Shown here one piece after another: positions 47,940 through 57,835 of a stretch of 58,516 nt of DNA. Source of the stretch: Calditrichia bacterium (GTDB lineage Bacteria > Calditrichota > Calditrichia > Calditrichales > J004). Position 1 is the stretch's first letter, and each line of letters starts with the position of its first letter. The position numbers were made by a program, and so were the translations under genes. The notes beneath the pieces are model-generated. The model worked only from the letters and a program-made list of their open reading frames with translations, did no database searches and had not been told where the DNA came from. The stretch spans positions 1-58,516 of the forward strand of contig JALTKX010000155.1 in assembly GCA_027006055.1 (NCBI GenBank), read 5' to 3'.

Positions 47940-48923
47940 ATGGCCAAGATATTATCCCAGGATGAAATTGATGCTTTATTATCGAATGTAAGCGGAGAAG
48001 ATGAAGAGCTTCATCAACTGGATCAGGAGCAGAAGATATCCGTTTATGACTGGAAACACCCCAATTTGGTTTCCAAGGAGCAGATGCGCTTGCTGGAGAA
48101 TATCCACGAGGCGGTTTGCCGGAACTTTGGCGTGTTTCTTTCCGCGCAACTGCGCATGATTGTGGAGATGAATCTGCTGGCCATCGACCAGATTATGTAT
48201 TCCGAGTTTGTTATGTCCATCGCCCCGCCCAGCTGCATCTATGTTCTGGAAGAACAGCAATCGGAAGCCAATTTTGTTCTGGAGGTCAACCCGCAACTGG
48301 CTATTTTTGTGGTGGAGCGTCTGTTTGGCGGTCGGGGCGGTTTTGTGGCCAACGTGCGGCCCATATCGGTTATTGAACAAAAAGTGATGAAGAGGGTGGT
48401 AGACCGTATCGCCTATGAGATAAACCGTAACTGGCATATGCTGGCGCCCTTTGAGTCCGCACCCACCCGTTTTGAATCCAATCCTGAATTTGTGCAGATC
48501 GTTCCTTCCTCGGAGCCGGTGGTCGTGGCTTCCATGGAGGTGAAAATTCACGGCAATTCCACATTGATGAATATCTGTTATCCCTATATGCTGATCTCGA
48601 ATATCCTGAGCCGTCCCGAGGTGCAGGAAAAAATCCTGTTTGGGGCCAAGGAGCCCAGCGAGGAAGAGACCAGCCTGGTACGGCAAAATCTGGTTAAAAC
48701 CCCGCTGGACCTGAAGTCCGTGTTGGGGCACGGTCATATTTCCATTGATGAATTTATCGGCTTAAAAGAGGGCGATGTGATTAAGCTGGAAACGCGCACC
48801 GATCACCCCCTGCCGGTTTATATCAATAATAAGCACATGTTTAACTCTATTGTCGGCACGCATAAAAAGCGCTTTGCATTAAGAATTTTAGATCAAGTGA
48901 GCGAGGAAAAAAATTATGGCTAA
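47940..48923 (+). CDS. fliM: Motor switch protein FliM
   Basis: LSQDEIDALL, ESNPEFVQIV, NICYPY. Confidence 0.96.
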   Translation: MAKILSQDEIDALLSNVSGEDEELHQLDQEQKISVYDWKHPNLVSKEQMRLLENIHEAVCRNFGVFLSAQLRMIVEMNLLAIDQIMYSEFVMSIAPPSCIYVLEEQQSEANFVLEVNPQLAIFVVERLFGGRGGFVANVRPISVIEQKVMKRVVDRIAYEINRNWHMLAPFESAPTRFESNPEFVQIVPSSEPVVVASMEVKIHGNSTLMNICYPYMLISNILSRPEVQEKILFGAKEPSEEETSLVRQNLVKTPLDLKSVLGHGHISIDEFIGLKEGDVIKLETRTDHPLPVYINNKHMFNSIVGTHKKRFALRILDQVSEEKNYG

Positions 48924-49845
48924 TCCCTATTTACTGGAACGGGCGCGGTATAACATCGATGATGTATTGCCGGTTGTGGGCAATGCCCTGGGGCAGATAC
49001 TTAACCGGCCCATGGAAGCGGAAGTACGTTACGCGGATGACGCCGTCTTATCGGAATTAATCGCCGGGGAAGAGTTCCCGAGGGTGGTGATCAGTTTTAA
49101 ATCCGGCCAGGGTCAGAAGGTGTTGCAAAACGTCATTTTAACCGATCCGCAATTCATTCTCAACTTTTACGCCTGGATGATCATGGACGATCCGGCCGAA
49201 GAGGTGACCGAAGAACATTTTGACGGCCTGAGGGAAGGGCTGGAGCAGGTATTCGGCCAGATTAAAATGGCCGTCACCGATGATAACGGCACTTTTCAGT
49301 TTGAAGGGCTGGATATAAAACTGGCGCAATCGGCGGAAGATATGGCCGGATTGGTACTGGAAGGCGACGGCGCGGCCTGCACCTATATTTTAAAAACGGA
49401 AGATATTGAATTTGAACTCAACCACTATCTGTGGCCGGAGCACCCGGAGCAATTTGTTGAAAAAGGAGACAGCCCAATGACCCAAAATCAATCCGCTATG
49501 GATTCCGACCCCGTTGATATCCAAAGCGCTGAGTTTGGTGATTTATCCATGAATCAGGGGGACGTGAAGGGCGACCCCAAAAATGTAAATATGCTGCTTG
49601 ATGTGGAATTGGAAATCCGCGTGGAGATTGACCGAAAAACCATCCTTGTTTCCGATCTTTTAAAACTGGGCAAGGGCTCCATCGTGGAGTTGGACAAATC
49701 CGCGGGCGAGGCCCTGGATGTTTATGTTAACGGCCGCAAGTTTGCCGAGGGCGAAGTGGTTGTGGTGGATGACCGCTTCGGCATCCGGGTAACCCAATTG
49801 TTAAGTCCCAAGGATCGCGTTCAGAGCCTGGGACAGCACTTTTAA
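48916..49845 (+). CDS. fliN: FliN with N-terminal degenerate FliY/CheC-like domain
   Basis: C-terminal SpoA domain (LLDVELEIRVE...GEVVVVDDRFGIRVT) preceded by about 200 extra residues. Confidence 0.85.
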   Translation: MANPYLLERARYNIDDVLPVVGNALGQILNRPMEAEVRYADDAVLSELIAGEEFPRVVISFKSGQGQKVLQNVILTDPQFILNFYAWMIMDDPAEEVTEEHFDGLREGLEQVFGQIKMAVTDDNGTFQFEGLDIKLAQSAEDMAGLVLEGDGAACTYILKTEDIEFELNHYLWPEHPEQFVEKGDSPMTQNQSAMDSDPVDIQSAEFGDLSMNQGDVKGDPKNVNMLLDVELEIRVEIDRKTILVSDLLKLGKGSIVELDKSAGEALDVYVNGRKFAEGEVVVVDDRFGIRVTQLLSPKDRVQSLGQHF

Positions 49846-49851
49846 GGATAT

Positions 49852-50331
49852 ATGATGCGTAACAGACTTATCGGCCCGTTGTGCCTGATGCTGACACTGG
49901 TTGTCTTTTCTCCCCTCTCCGCCCAGGTGGGTGATTCCATCGACTACTCAAAGTACACGGCCCGGAGCGACAGCGCCGCCGCGCAAAGAGTGATGACCCC
50001 CGTGGAATACAGCTATGGGCGCGCCATATGGGTATCCATTCTGTTTTTGATTGTACTGATCATCGCCCTGGGGCTCTATAAAAAAATGGCTTCAAAAAAC
50101 CGGCAGATAAACCCTTCGGCCATCCGCGTGTTGTCCCGTTACCATCTTAGCTCCCGGCAGGCCATACTGATTGTGGCCATAGAAGATAAAAAATATGCGC
50201 TCGGCTCAACGGAGAACGCGATAAACACACTGGCGGAACTGGGCCCGCTTACGGAGGAGGAGTTAAAACAACCCGCCGTTCCCGGCATCAGCCAGTTTGG
50301 CGAATTGATAAAAAAAATGGTAACAAAATAA
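49852..50331 (+). CDS. fliO: FliO/FliZ export-gate chaperone
   Basis: TM then IRVLSRYHLSSRQAILIVAI...LGSTENAINTL; precedes fliP. Confidence 0.82.
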   Translation: MMRNRLIGPLCLMLTLVVFSPLSAQVGDSIDYSKYTARSDSAAAQRVMTPVEYSYGRAIWVSILFLIVLIIALGLYKKMASKNRQINPSAIRVLSRYHLSSRQAILIVAIEDKKYALGSTENAINTLAELGPLTEEELKQPAVPGISQFGELIKKMVTK

Positions 50332-50332
50332 G

Positions 50333-51079
50333 ATGAAAATGAAACAGATACGGCTCGCATTATTGCTGGTGTTGCTTTTGGCCGCCGCGGCGCAGGCGCA
50401 AAACATCATTCCCAACCTGACCATCGGGGTGGAGGAATCCAAGGACCCCAATGATCTGGTGCCCACGCTGCAAATACTGTTTATGATCACCGTGCTCAGT
50501 CTGGCGCCGTCCATTCTGATCATGATGACCTCCTTTACCCGCATCACCATCGTGTTTCACTTTTTGCGACAAAGCCTGGCCACGCAAACGGTGCCCTCCA
50601 ATCAGATTCTGGTGGGGCTGGCGCTGTTTATCACCTTTTTTATCATGCGCCCCGTGATCGACGAAATTAACGATAAGGCCCTGCAGCCTTATCTGAATAA
50701 GGAAATAAGCCAATCCGAAGCGCTGGAAAAAGCGGTTTCACCCGTTCGGGCTTTTATGGTGAAACAAACGCGCGAGGAAGACCTGTTGCTGTTCCTCGAT
50801 TTACGCGCCGGACGCGAACGGCCCAAAACCGTGGAGGAGATTCCCATGTCCACGCTGATTCCGGCCTTTATCATCAGCGAGCTGAATACCGCGTTTAAGA
50901 TTGGCTTTTTACTCTATCTGCCCATGTTGTTGATCGACCTGATAGTGGGTAGCGTGCTGCTGAGCATGGGGATGATGATGTTGCCGCCGGTCATGATATC
51001 CATGCCCTTTAAACTGCTGTTGTTTGTGCTGGTGGACGGCTGGCACCTGGTGGTGGAATCTTTGGTGAAAGGATTTTAA
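50333..51079 (+). CDS. fliP: FliP
   Basis: MMTSFTRI, PAFIISEL, GMMMLPP, PFKLLLFVLVDGW. Confidence 0.97.
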   Translation: MKMKQIRLALLLVLLLAAAAQAQNIIPNLTIGVEESKDPNDLVPTLQILFMITVLSLAPSILIMMTSFTRITIVFHFLRQSLATQTVPSNQILVGLALFITFFIMRPVIDEINDKALQPYLNKEISQSEALEKAVSPVRAFMVKQTREEDLLLFLDLRAGRERPKTVEEIPMSTLIPAFIISELNTAFKIGFLLYLPMLLIDLIVGSVLLSMGMMMLPPVMISMPFKLLLFVLVDGWHLVVESLVKGF

Positions 51080-51349
51080 ATGACAACCGATTTTGTTCTC
51101 TTTATCGCCCGCGAGGCCATCACAACCGTGATACTGATCCTGTTACCCATTTTGGGCACGGGACTGATTCTGGGGCTGCTGGTCGGTATTTTCCAGGCCA
51201 CGACGCAAATTAACGAAATGACGCTGACCTTTGTACCCAAAATTATAGCGGTCTTTACGGTAATTTTTTTGCTGATGCCCTGGTTTTTAGAGCTGTTGAT
51301 GGGTTTTACGCGGGAAATTTTCAGTCAAATTATAATGGTGGCTCAATAA
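51080..51349 (+). CDS. fliQ: FliQ
   Basis: FQATTQINEMTLTFVPKI. Confidence 0.97.
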   Translation: MTTDFVLFIAREAITTVILILLPILGTGLILGLLVGIFQATTQINEMTLTFVPKIIAVFTVIFLLMPWFLELLMGFTREIFSQIIMVAQ

Positions 51350-51350
51350 G

Positions 51351-52142
51351 ATGTATGCCCTGATTGACCGGATTGCCGAGTGGCTGCCCTATACCCTGCT
51401 GGTTTTTGCCCGTGTAACGGGTATGGTGATTACCATGCCCGTCTTCGGTTATGCCACGGTGGCGCCGCGTATACGCATGGCCCTGGCCCTGGTACTTACG
51501 CTGATCATTGCCCCCACCGTGGGGGAAAGCTTCAACATCGTCTATACCTCCATCTGGCACATACTGGTGGATGTAACGCGCGAGGTCTTTTTAGGGCTTA
51601 TGATCGGTTTTGGCGCCAAGATACTGTTCGAGGCCTTTCGTCTGGCCGGTTCCCTGGTGGGCTTTCAGATGGGGCTGGCCATGATGAACGTGGCCGATCC
51701 CAACACCCAGGATAATGTTTCCATTATCGGTAACCTTTGGTTTCTGGTAATCGTTCTTTTTTTTCTGATCACCAACAGTCATCATTTTTTAATAGAAACC
51801 ATTGTGGCCGGCTTTAAGGCCATACCGCTGGGCACGGCCCATTTTGCCCCCGCCGCCGGGCAGGTGCTGGTGGGCACGGGCAGCCGTCTGTTTACCCTCA
51901 GCCTTAAATTTGCCTCGCCGATGATCCTGTTTTTACTGCTGTCGGACGTGGCCATTGCCTTTGCCGCGCGGGTTATGCCGCAGTTGAACGTCTTTTTTAT
52001 CAGTATGCCTTTAAAAATCGGCGCCGGTATTTATATGGTGCTGGTTTCCCTGAAAATCTTTCAGTCCATTTTCGGCATGTTCGAGCAGCATATCGAGCAG
52101 ACCGTATATAACCTGATGCTGGGCATCCGGGGAGCGATATAA
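51351..52142 (+). CDS. fliR: FliR
   Basis: AGSLVGFQMGL, RVMPQLNVFFISMPLK. Confidence 0.95.
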   Translation: MYALIDRIAEWLPYTLLVFARVTGMVITMPVFGYATVAPRIRMALALVLTLIIAPTVGESFNIVYTSIWHILVDVTREVFLGLMIGFGAKILFEAFRLAGSLVGFQMGLAMMNVADPNTQDNVSIIGNLWFLVIVLFFLITNSHHFLIETIVAGFKAIPLGTAHFAPAAGQVLVGTGSRLFTLSLKFASPMILFLLLSDVAIAFAARVMPQLNVFFISMPLKIGAGIYMVLVSLKIFQSIFGMFEQHIEQTVYNLMLGIRGAI

Positions 52143-53242
52143 TGGCTGAAAATGAGAATGGTCAGGAGAAGACCGAACAGCCCTCCCCAAAACGGAGGGA
52201 GGAAGCAGAAGAGAAAGGACAGGTTGCCAAAAGTCAGGAACTGAACTCGGTAGCCGTAATCGCAGCCATGTTGATTGTGTTTAAATTTATGTCCGGTTCA
52301 TTCGGAACGTCCATAAAAAGCTATATGGGCTATATGTATGGCGAGTCGGGGGTTTTTATGCTAACCATGAACTCCTTTGTGGAGATAATGGCCCATACCA
52401 TGATGACCACCATACAGGTGTTGGGGCCCATCCTGCTTACGGTGCTTTTGTTCGGCGTAATGAGTAATGTGGCGCAATCGGGCCTGGTGTTTGCCGACAA
52501 GGCCCTAAAACCGGATTTTTCCAAGGTGAACCCGATGAAGGGCTTTAAGCGCATGTTCAGCACCCGCTCCCTGGTGGAACTGTTAAAGGGGGTGCTGAAG
52601 ATTGCCATTATCGGCTATATCGGCTATACCGTGCTGGACGGTTTTTTTGCCAGCTATCTGGTCATGCCGGGCAGGGCCGTTTCGGAGATTGCCGCTTTTC
52701 TGGCCGACGCCATTTATGAGATAACCTTTAAAATTTTGCTGGCTTTGCTGCTGATGGCCATAGCGGACTTTGCCTATCAGCGCTATGAGCATGAAAAAAG
52801 CCTGAAAATGACCAAGGACGAGGTTAAGGATGAAAACAAGCAGTCGGAAGGCGACCCCAAGGTGAAAAGCCGCATCAAGTCCATCATGCGTCAGCGGGCC
52901 ATGGATCGCATGATGAGCAAAGTGCCGGACGCCACGGTGGTGGTAACCAACCCGACCCACTTTGCCGTGGCCCTGCTTTACGATCCGGCCAACAAGTCCG
53001 ACGCGCCGAAAGTGGTGGCCAAGGGTAAAAACCTTATCGCCCACCGCATTAAGGAAATCGCCGCCGAGCATGACATTCCCGTTATTGAAAACAAACCCCT
53101 GGCCCGCTCGCTTTATGCCATGGTGGAGGTGGATCAGGAGATTCCCGAACTGTTGTACCAGGCCGTGGCCGAAGTGTTAAGCCAGGTATTTCAGGGCAAC
53201 CGTACACGATACAATCAAATACAAGGAGCGTTAAATGGCTAG
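52142..53242 (+). CDS. flhB: FlhB
   Basis: EKTEQPSPKR, NPTH autocleavage site, ENKPLAR. Confidence 0.97.
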   Translation: MAENENGQEKTEQPSPKRREEAEEKGQVAKSQELNSVAVIAAMLIVFKFMSGSFGTSIKSYMGYMYGESGVFMLTMNSFVEIMAHTMMTTIQVLGPILLTVLLFGVMSNVAQSGLVFADKALKPDFSKVNPMKGFKRMFSTRSLVELLKGVLKIAIIGYIGYTVLDGFFASYLVMPGRAVSEIAAFLADAIYEITFKILLALLLMAIADFAYQRYEHEKSLKMTKDEVKDENKQSEGDPKVKSRIKSIMRQRAMDRMMSKVPDATVVVTNPTHFAVALLYDPANKSDAPKVVAKGKNLIAHRIKEIAAEHDIPVIENKPLARSLYAMVEVDQEIPELLYQAVAEVLSQVFQGNRTRYNQIQGALNG

Positions 53243-55322
53243 TGCCGTGGCCGCGGGAGAATCGCGATTTTCTTTCGATTCCACCAGCAACCTGATGCTG
53301 ACGGGGGGCATCGTCCTCATTCTGGGGGTGATGATTTTGCCCCTGCCCAGCTTTATCATGGATGTGCTGCTGGCCCTGAATATCACCGGCGCCCTGGTTA
53401 CGCTGTTTGTAACCCTGTTTATTCTGCGGCCCATGGACTTTTCCGTTTTTCCCGGTTTGCTGCTGATTTTAACCCTTTACCGGCTGTCGCTGAACATTGC
53501 CACCACGCGCCTTATTCTGGGCGAAGGTTATGCCGGGGAGATAGTGGAGTCCTTTGGCGATTTTGTGGTGGGTGGCAATTACGCCGTGGGTACCATCATC
53601 TTTCTTATTCTGGTGATCATCAACTTTGTGGTAATCACCAAGGGCGCCACGCGTATCGCCGAGGTATCCGCCCGTTTTACCCTGGACGCCATGCCCGGCA
53701 AGCAGATGGCCATCGACGCCGACCTGAACGCCGGCCTGATCGACGATTTACAGGCGCAGTCGCGCCGCGAAATGATCGCCAAGGAAGCGGACTTTTACGG
53801 AGCCATGGACGGCGCAAGTAAATTTGTCCGCGGCGATGCCGTTGCCGGATTGCTGATTACCGGTATCAACCTGCTGGGCGGTTTGTTGATCGGTATTCTG
53901 CAATTTGGATTGAGCCTGAGCCAATCCGCGGCAAAATACACCCTGCTAACGGTAGGCGATGGTCTGGTGGCCCAAATTCCGGCCCTGATCATCTCCACCG
54001 CCGCGGGTATTGTGATTACGCGCGCTTCCTCCATGTCGACCATGGGCGCCGATCTGGCCAACCAGCTTATCGGTCAGCCCAAGGCCGTTTACGCGGCGGC
54101 GGGCGTTATCGGCATGATGGGCCTGTTGCCCGGACTGCCTTTTATCCCCTTTACCTTTATGGCCCTGGTGACGGGCTTTCTCGGCTATCAGGTGACGGAA
54201 TATGCCAAAAGCAAAAAGCAGCGCGAGGAAGAGGCGCAGGAACAGGAAGAGGAAGTGGAAGAGGTGGAGGAGGATGACCGCATAGAAAACTTTTTGCATC
54301 CGGACGCCTTTGAAATTGAAATCGGCTACGGGCTGATTCCGCTGGTGGATCAAAACCAGGGCGGCAACCTGCTGGGGCGCATCACCACCATCCGTAAAAG
54401 TCTGGCCATAGAGATGGGCGTTTTGATCCCTTCCATCCGCATCCGGGATAACATTCAACTGGGCGCCAGTGAATATGTGTTTAAGATTTACGGCATCGAA
54501 GTGGCCCGGGGCGAGGTGATGATGGACTACTTTATGGTGGTCAATCCCGATGAGCGGCTGGGGCTTACGGGCATAGAGATGACCGAACCCACCTTTGGCC
54601 TGCCGGCCATCTGGGTTTCGGAAAAGGAAAAGGAAAAGGCCGAGAGCATGGGCCACACCGTGGTGGAGTCGGCGGCGGTGATTGCTACCCACCTGATGGA
54701 AGTTTTGCGCAACAACGCCTATAAACTGGTGGATCGCCAGGCAACGCAAAAGATGCTGGATGATCTGAAGGAGAGCCATGCCGCGCTGGTCAACGGGCTG
54801 GTTCCGGACATTCTGCCCCTGGGCGTGGTGCAAAAGGTATTTAAAAATCTGCTTCAGGAGAAAATACCCATCCGCAATATGGTCATTATTCTGGAAACCA
54901 TGGCTGATTATGCCAGCTTTTCCAAGGACTCCGAGGTGCTGACCGAGTATGTGCGTCAGGCCCTGGCCGAGACCATAACCGACATATTAAAGAATGAAGA
55001 GAACGTGGTTACGGTGGCCATGTTCGATCCGGTGTTGGAGGATCATGTTATGAATTCCATAAAAAATAACGGTTTAGCCCAAAATATGGGCTTTTCCCCG
55101 GAGCAGGTGAATACACTTTTTCAAAATATTGCCGATAAGGTGGAAGCCATGTCCTCGCTGGGGCTGCGTCCGGCCATACTCGTATCTCCGCAAATCCGGC
55201 GCGCGGTTCGCAAGTTCATCGAATCCATCTTTTCCAATGTGATGGTTATTTCGTACATGGAGCTGACCCCGGACACCGAAGTTAAAACCGTAGGATCCAT
55301 AGGAATACCAAATGCAGGTTAA
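53235..55322 (+). CDS. flhA: FlhA
   Basis: ARFTLDAMPGKQMAIDADL, FYGAMDGASKF. Confidence 0.98.
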   Translation: MASAVAAGESRFSFDSTSNLMLTGGIVLILGVMILPLPSFIMDVLLALNITGALVTLFVTLFILRPMDFSVFPGLLLILTLYRLSLNIATTRLILGEGYAGEIVESFGDFVVGGNYAVGTIIFLILVIINFVVITKGATRIAEVSARFTLDAMPGKQMAIDADLNAGLIDDLQAQSRREMIAKEADFYGAMDGASKFVRGDAVAGLLITGINLLGGLLIGILQFGLSLSQSAAKYTLLTVGDGLVAQIPALIISTAAGIVITRASSMSTMGADLANQLIGQPKAVYAAAGVIGMMGLLPGLPFIPFTFMALVTGFLGYQVTEYAKSKKQREEEAQEQEEEVEEVEEDDRIENFLHPDAFEIEIGYGLIPLVDQNQGGNLLGRITTIRKSLAIEMGVLIPSIRIRDNIQLGASEYVFKIYGIEVARGEVMMDYFMVVNPDERLGLTGIEMTEPTFGLPAIWVSEKEKEKAESMGHTVVESAAVIATHLMEVLRNNAYKLVDRQATQKMLDDLKESHAALVNGLVPDILPLGVVQKVFKNLLQEKIPIRNMVIILETMADYASFSKDSEVLTEYVRQALAETITDILKNEENVVTVAMFDPVLEDHVMNSIKNNGLAQNMGFSPEQVNTLFQNIADKVEAMSSLGLRPAILVSPQIRRAVRKFIESIFSNVMVISYMELTPDTEVKTVGSIGIPNAG

Positions 55323-56649
55323 AACATTTATAGACGAATCGCTGCCCAAGGCGCTATTCAAGGCAAAACAAGACCTTGGCGATGATATTGTTATCATCGA
55401 GTCCAAGGAGATCAGAAACTATTCAGGAAATCCCGGAGTGCGTATGGTACAGGTTACGGTAGGGCACAACCCTAAAAAGAAGGTGAAAAAATGGATTCCG
55501 CCCAGAGTGGATGAAAACGGCGTGGAGACAAAGGTGAAAGCGCCCAAAAAGAGTTTTTCGGAAATCGCCGCCGCCTACGGCCGGCCGGCCGCGCAAAAAC
55601 CCCGTCCCGCTCCGGCCAAAAAGAAGGCCGCGCCCCGGGGAGAGGAGAGCAACTCCTTTGACACCATGATATCCGATATCCTGAACCGTAAGCCGAAGGA
55701 ACTGGATAAGGAGAAGGTTATTCTGGACGAAATCGCCTCGTTGCGGGCGGAGATAAAGCAGCTTTCGCAAAAGGCGGAAAAACAGGAGAAGATGGCCGCG
55801 CCGCCGCCCAGGGTGGAAAGGCCACAGGCGCCCCCATCGCTTTATAACGAATACCCCGAGCCCTATGCCTCCATCCAGGAGCAGTTAAAGGAAAGCGGCG
55901 TGCAGGAAGACCTGGCCTATGCCCTGGTGAACCAGGCCTTTTTGTTAAACGAAGGCCGCCGCGATGTAAGCGGGGAGCATGTTCAGGCACAGATAGAAAA
56001 AGAGATGCGGGCCATGCTGCGCACCTACAACTTTAAAAGCCGCCGGCGCAAGGGCAAACAGCGGGTGGTGCTGCTTCTGGGGCCCACGGGCGCGGGTAAA
56101 TCCACCGCCGCCATGAAGCTGGCCGCCCATCCCGGGATGTACGGCAATCAAAAAACAACCATACTGAGCACCGACCCCTACGGGCCTTCGGAAGCCTTAA
56201 AAGCTTTTGCCCGCATGCACGAAACCGATGTGTACGAAGAAAAGGATATCGACCAAACAGCAACCATACTGGAAAAATATAAAAAGAGTGACGTCATTAT
56301 TGTCGATACTCCCGGAAAGAGTCCTTTTGCTCCCAATCAACTGGAAAAATGGGAGCAATATATAAAGATACTCAAGCCCACGGATATTTTTCTGGTAATG
56401 AGCGTGGGGGCGGATTTAAAAGACCTGGTGCTGTTGTGCGCCAATTATCTGCTGGTAAAACCGACGGGGATCATTTTTACCAAGTTTGATGAAACCACGC
56501 AACCGGGCAAGGTCTTTTCCATTTTGGATGTGATCAGCCTGCCCGTTGTGGCCTTTGGAGACGGAAAACGAATTTTTGTGGATACACAGGAAGGAAAACC
56601 GGAATATATGTTTAATAAAATTTTTGGCGCTAAAACCGGGGAAGCCTAA
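55312..56649 (+). CDS. flhF: FlhF SRP-family GTPase (divergent motifs)
   Basis: GPTGAGKST, DTPG, TKFDET; lies between flhA and flhG. Confidence 0.88.
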   Translation: MQVKTFIDESLPKALFKAKQDLGDDIVIIESKEIRNYSGNPGVRMVQVTVGHNPKKKVKKWIPPRVDENGVETKVKAPKKSFSEIAAAYGRPAAQKPRPAPAKKKAAPRGEESNSFDTMISDILNRKPKELDKEKVILDEIASLRAEIKQLSQKAEKQEKMAAPPPRVERPQAPPSLYNEYPEPYASIQEQLKESGVQEDLAYALVNQAFLLNEGRRDVSGEHVQAQIEKEMRAMLRTYNFKSRRRKGKQRVVLLLGPTGAGKSTAAMKLAAHPGMYGNQKTTILSTDPYGPSEALKAFARMHETDVYEEKDIDQTATILEKYKKSDVIIVDTPGKSPFAPNQLEKWEQYIKILKPTDIFLVMSVGADLKDLVLLCANYLLVKPTGIIFTKFDETTQPGKVFSILDVISLPVVAFGDGKRIFVDTQEGKPEYMFNKIFGAKTGEA

Positions 56650-57518
56650 TGCTCAAAGAACTGACGAAATCCGCGCGGACGGACATGAAGCCCAAAGATA
56701 AGCAGACGGAAATCATCGCCATTACCAGCGGCAAGGGCGGCGTGGGCAAATCTTCCCTGAGCATCAACATGGCCCTGATGATAAAACAACTGCGCAAAAA
56801 GGTATTGCTGATGGATGCGGATATTCATCTGGGAAATGTGGATTTGATGCTGGGCCTGCGCTCCACGCATACGGTGGATGAAGTGCTTGAGGACGGGGTG
56901 CATCTGGAAGATATTATCGTTTCCGGCCCCGGAGAGCTTGATGTGTTGCCCGCCTCCTCGGCCAATGCCCGGCTGCTGGATATGGAAGATGTTTTTTTAC
57001 GTAAGTTGGCCCAGGAATACCGGCGGATAGAAAACCGCTATGACTATGTGCTGGTGGATACGGGCGCGGGGGTGGCCAATTCCGTGTTGGGGTTTTTACT
57101 GGGCGCGGATAAAATAATGATCGTGGTAACGTCCGATCCCGCTTCGGTGGCCGACGCCTACGCGGTTATAAAACTGATCAAGAACGTGAATGTGGATATC
57201 CCCGTGTTGATGACGCCCAATATGATGCCCAGCCACGAGGCGGGCGAGGAACTCTATAAAAAGATGCGTCTGATGGTGAACAAATTTCTAAAATCCGACA
57301 TCGACTACGCCGGCACGGTACTCAAGCATGAGTTGATTGCCCGTTCGGTGAAAACGCAAAAGCCGGTGGTGTTGCATCAACCCAACGCCTCGGCCAGTAA
57401 CAATATCCGCATGATCAGCAAAAAGATCATGCAAACGCCCCGACGCAAGGATCAGGACAAAAAAAATATATTCGATCGTTTTATCGTAAATAAAAAGGTG
57501 CCTCTGGAATGGGATTAA
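56649..57518 (+). CDS. flhG: FlhG/FleN MinD-like ATPase
   Basis: SGKGGVGKS, DADIHLGN, DTGAG, DAYAVIK. Confidence 0.92.
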   Translation: MLKELTKSARTDMKPKDKQTEIIAITSGKGGVGKSSLSINMALMIKQLRKKVLLMDADIHLGNVDLMLGLRSTHTVDEVLEDGVHLEDIIVSGPGELDVLPASSANARLLDMEDVFLRKLAQEYRRIENRYDYVLVDTGAGVANSVLGFLLGADKIMIVVTSDPASVADAYAVIKLIKNVNVDIPVLMTPNMMPSHEAGEELYKKMRLMVNKFLKSDIDYAGTVLKHELIARSVKTQKPVVLHQPNASASNNIRMISKKIMQTPRRKDQDKKNIFDRFIVNKKVPLEWD

Positions 57519-57835
57519 TGCATCGTTTTATGTATAAGTTTTCCTCGTTCGCGGCCATTCTGGCCACCGTTCTGGCCCTGACACAGGGGGCCTCGCTGGA
57601 GACGGCGGTTTTCCGGGGCGGCGTTGTTTTTTTGGTGACCCTGCTCTTTTTTATACTTGCCCTTTATGTGTTGCGATGGGTCATTGTGGCGACAACGGTA
57701 GTGGAAGCCCTGGAAGGGGACGATGAACAGCCGGAAGCGGAAAAGAAAAAAGCCTCCCCGGCGCCGGAACGGGAAAAAATAAACAAGGGACAGGTGGTGA
57801 CCGAAGGCATGTTACTTAAGGGTGGTAACGGATGA
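57518..57835 (+). CDS. Small membrane protein (2 TM + charged tail)
   Basis: TAATG overlap with flhG and ATGA overlap with fliA. Confidence 0.7.
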   Translation: MHRFMYKFSSFAAILATVLALTQGASLETAVFRGGVVFLVTLLFFILALYVLRWVIVATTVVEALEGDDEQPEAEKKKASPAPEREKINKGQVVTEGMLLKGGNG

